A stretch of DNA of 29,947 nucleotides from Armatimonadota bacterium (GTDB lineage Bacteria; Armatimonadota; Hebobacteria; CAIYQO01), in NCBI GenBank assembly GCA_038248345.1, contig JBBRXO010000021.1, forward strand, positions 1 through 29,947, read 5' to 3'. Both the position numbers and the translations under genes were made by a program. Positions 27,408 to 29,947 of the stretch are shown here, piece after piece (position 1 is the stretch's first letter; every line of letters begins with the position of its first letter). The notes beneath the pieces are model-generated. The model searched no databases and was not told where the DNA came from. It saw nothing but the letters and a program-made list of their open reading frames with translations.

Positions 27408-29522
27408 CTAGTGGATGAAGTTTGCACCCGGCATGGCGAACCCACCGAGGTTGGAATTATCATCCTTGTAGATAATCGGGGTAACGAAGAGCATTACCTG
27501 CGTGCTGCTTTTGGTTTTGTTTCTTCCATGGAAGAACAACGAACCGATGATCGGCAACTGGCTAAGTACCGGGGTACGGGTGTCATCCTGGGTATCATCA
27601 CGGCTGGTGAATCCACCCATCATGATGGTCTCGCCACTCTTTACCGTCACCACTGTGTCGATGGTGCAGCGGCTGTAGCCCATGAGGGAAGCGGCGTTGC
27701 CTACCGAAGGTGCGCCCGGAATTTTCACACTACCCAGCGGCGCTTCAATAATTGGCTCAATACGCATGGTTACGGTGTTGTCAGGATGGATAACAACCTT
27801 ATTCACGACCAGACCCTGCGAGAATGTCTGCATGTATACGGTCGGTGTGGAGTAGCTTTGCCCATAGATGTCGGTAGTCTGGTTCATGTAGATGAACGGT
27901 ACACTATCTTCCATCATAAAGGAAGCCTGCTGGCCATTCTGTACTACTACCTGCGGTGCGTTGACGGTATATGCTTTATGCGCGGTTTCCAGCGCGCTGA
28001 TTGCCATACGCAGATTGCCATTTACATAAGAAGCAGAGGATGCGCTATCTCCGAAACTGTTGTTAGCGTTGAAGTTAAAGGGGACACCGGCGAAACTAAA
28101 GCTATTGCCCAGTGCGACCGCCTCTTTCGCTTCCATCTTTACCAGTTGTACCTGGATTGTGACCTGCTTGATCGGCTGGTCGAGACTGCTGACCAGTAAT
28201 TCCAGCTGTTTGATGGAGTCTTCGTCTTTTGATTGTACCATCAGGCTGTTTGTGCCCGGTATACCGACGATATTGGTAATCCCTTTCGGCAGGAAACCTT
28301 TGAGCACGCCGGATAAGTCAGCTGTACCGTTGCCGGATGTATCGCCTGGCCAGGGTAAGCCACCAGGGGTATTATTTACTCCTCCACCGGTATTATTGTT
28401 GCCACCAGTGTTGTAGCCATTGTTATTCCCGCCATTGTTATAGCCGTTATTGTAACCGTTGTTATAGCCACCATTGTTGTTACCATTGTTGTAGCCACCA
28501 TTGTTGTAGCCACCATTATTGTAGTTATTATTATTGGTACCGTTGTTATAGCCGTTATTGTAGCCATTGTTGGTACCGTTGTTGTACCCATTGTTGGTAC
28601 CGTTGTTATAGCCACCGTTATTGTACCCATTGTTATAGGGGTCGTTATTTGGGTAACCATATTGATGTGCTACATGCTGGTAACCACCGTAGGAGCTGCC
28701 CCAACCGTAGCTGGCCGAGCCGGGTATGGATGTCGGGGCTAATGACGGGTTGCCGCCGCCATATCCAGAATTACCATTCGAGGGGGTCATCATACTCTGG
28801 TTATAGTTGTAGATATTGTCTGCAGGGCTGAAGTAGCGGGAGATTCGATCGCGCAATTTTGCCTTTGATGCACCCTCCGGTGCCTTGGCTTCTTTATATC
28901 CTAGCATGTAGGTGATATCTGAGGTAGAGATATGCTTGAGGATAATCTCTTTCTGGATGACTCTTTCACCGGTCTTAACTTCGACGTACTCCATCTTACC
29001 GCCAGAGACCAGCGGAAGGTCAGCAACAACGACATCCTCTTTCGGTAGTGGGGTATCCTGGATAATTGGAGAAGCGATAGAAGAATCCAAACCAGCCAGA
29101 TTATTTCCGATTACTGCCGCTGGTGTCATGGGCGCATTATAGATTGCCGGTAGCGCTGTCACGTTGATGTTTTTCACTTTCTCAAACAGGTAGAAATAAT
29201 CACCATTTAAGGTATAATCCACTTCTGGTGCTTTAATCCTGATCTGATCAAGTACCGCTGAAAGCGGTGTGGGCTTGTCGATGACCAGCGATTCCACTTG
29301 TACATTGGCAATCTCCGGTGCAGCAACAACTTTCACTCCACTTAGTGCTGTAAGTTGAGCGGCTAGATCAGCGCAGCTGGTCTTTCCACTGTTAGTTAAG
29401 TGATCAACCATACCAACGCGAGTCTGTGCCACCACATTTTGAAGTGATACACCGACTAGCAACAGTATAGCGACTGTGATACCCAGATACCGTGAATAGC
29501 TGTTTTTACGCATACGAATCAT
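27408..29522 (-). CDS. Secretin (type II secretion / type IV pilus GspD/PilQ-like) with N/G/Y-rich low-complexity insert
   Basis: Signal peptide; split N3 domain (IILKHI...TNSLMV...LDQPIKQVTIQV); NAPQVVVQNGQQA; VKSGETIMMGG; TPVLSQLPIIGSLF; MLFVTPII. Confidence 0.9.
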   Translation of the reverse strand: MIRMRKNSYSRYLGITVAILLLVGVSLQNVVAQTRVGMVDHLTNSGKTSCADLAAQLTALSGVKVVAAPEIANVQVESLVIDKPTPLSAVLDQIRIKAPEVDYTLNGDYFYLFEKVKNINVTALPAIYNAPMTPAAVIGNNLAGLDSSIASPIIQDTPLPKEDVVVADLPLVSGGKMEYVEVKTGERVIQKEIILKHISTSDITYMLGYKEAKAPEGASKAKLRDRISRYFSPADNIYNYNQSMMTPSNGNSGYGGGNPSLAPTSIPGSASYGWGSSYGGYQHVAHQYGYPNNDPYNNGYNNGGYNNGTNNGYNNGTNNGYNNGYNNGTNNNNYNNGGYNNGGYNNGNNNGGYNNGYNNGYNNGGNNNGYNTGGNNNTGGGVNNTPGGLPWPGDTSGNGTADLSGVLKGFLPKGITNIVGIPGTNSLMVQSKDEDSIKQLELLVSSLDQPIKQVTIQVQLVKMEAKEAVALGNSFSFAGVPFNFNANNSFGDSASSASYVNGNLRMAISALETAHKAYTVNAPQVVVQNGQQASFMMEDSVPFIYMNQTTDIYGQSYSTPTVYMQTFSQGLVVNKVVIHPDNTVTMRIEPIIEAPLGSVKIPGAPSVGNAASLMGYSRCTIDTVVTVKSGETIMMGGFTSRDDTQDDTRTPVLSQLPIIGSLFFHGRNKTKSSTQVMLFVTPIIYKDDNSNLGGFAMPGANFIH

Positions 29523-29722
29523 CCTCCGCTAGGTAAGTTTTTCCATGACTCAGGTTGCTTGCATATTTAGATTCTACGGCGAAGTCTTAAATCCCTGCTT
29601 AGTATGCCGTAATAATTACTAAAAATCAAGCATCTCGCTCATTTACCCCGTAAAAATCAATTTCTCACGGGGCATCCGAGATTCAACTCATTGGTTTATA
29701 TGCTCAAGGTGCGACTACTGGC

Positions 29723-29947
29723 TTAATATGTTGTGCCACCGGTATACGGGTACTGGCCGTTGTTAACCGTGCCATTGTACGGATACTGACCGTTAGTGGT
29801 CGTGTTGTTGTACGGGTACTGATTATTAGTGGTCGTGTTGTTGTACGGGTACTGATTATTAGTGGTCGTGTTGTTGTACGGGTACTGATTATTAGTGGTC
29901 GTGTTGTTGTACGGGTACTGATTGTTAGTGGTCGTGTTATTGTACGG
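29723..29947 (-). CDS. 3' end of a protein with PYNNTTTNNQY repeats (truncated by window edge)
   Basis: Open minus-strand frame from the window edge to TAA at 29723: (PYNNTTTNNQY)n...PYNGTVNNGQYPYTGGTTY*; absent from the ORF track because its start is outside the window. Confidence 0.75.
   Translation of the reverse strand, partial: PYNNTTTNNQYPYNNTTTNNQYPYNNTTTNNQYPYNNTTTNNQYPYNNTTTNGQYPYNGTVNNGQYPYTGGTTY
29744..29947. repeat. 33-bp coding tandem repeat: five near-identical copies, one degenerate copy and a partial copy
   Basis: Unit GTACGGGTACTGATTATTAGTGGTCGTGTTGTT at 29777, 29810, 29843, 29876, 29909. Confidence 0.92.

Noticed and set aside
27402..28199. 265-aa plus-strand ORF (also 28337-28831 Cys/His/Tyr-rich ORF)
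   Set aside because: Antisense to the secretin; the odd composition of the second ORF simply mirrors the GYNN repeats
29744..29947. Possible CRISPR array (33-bp periodicity)
   Set aside because: Units are contiguous with no unique spacers, the period is a multiple of 3 with an open frame, and there are no cas genes

Overview
Bacterial chromosomal window of mixed housekeeping and accessory genes. The combination of a secretin and a PilT-family ATPase with mutS2, yqeG and a UPF0237 ACT gene suggests a diderm Terrabacteria lineage such as Armatimonadota (inference only). Gene order: GT4 glycosyltransferase, tRNA-Ala(GGC), membrane protein coupled to a PilT/PilU ATPase, a large acidic protein with apparent tandem HARE-HTH (RNAP-delta-like) repeats, GH26 lipoprotein, orphan ParB/StrR-like protein, YqeG, four-helix-bundle-suffix/Zn-ribbon protein, Zn-dependent dehydrogenase, GH38 alpha-mannosidase, topA, two paralogous small exported proteins, corA, ACT protein, MTase-endonuclease fusion, ArnT-like transferase, PEP carboxykinase-like protein, mutS2, a secretin with an N/G/Y-rich insert, and the 3' end of a repeat protein. 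Intergenic spaces hold several distinct REP/REPIN-like palindromes and one 98-bp MITE with a target-site duplication. The most notable observations are: (1) the multi-HARE-HTH protein; (2) a triplicated promoter-RBS-signal-peptide unit whose third copy is a 24-codon Pro-containing uORF overlapping the corA start; (3) a terminator-containing structured leader before the PEPCK-like gene; (4) prion-like repeats in two adjacent genes, one of them the secretin. No CRISPR array, reverse transcriptase, integrase or transposase was seen. All family calls come from motif recognition by eye, without database searches.
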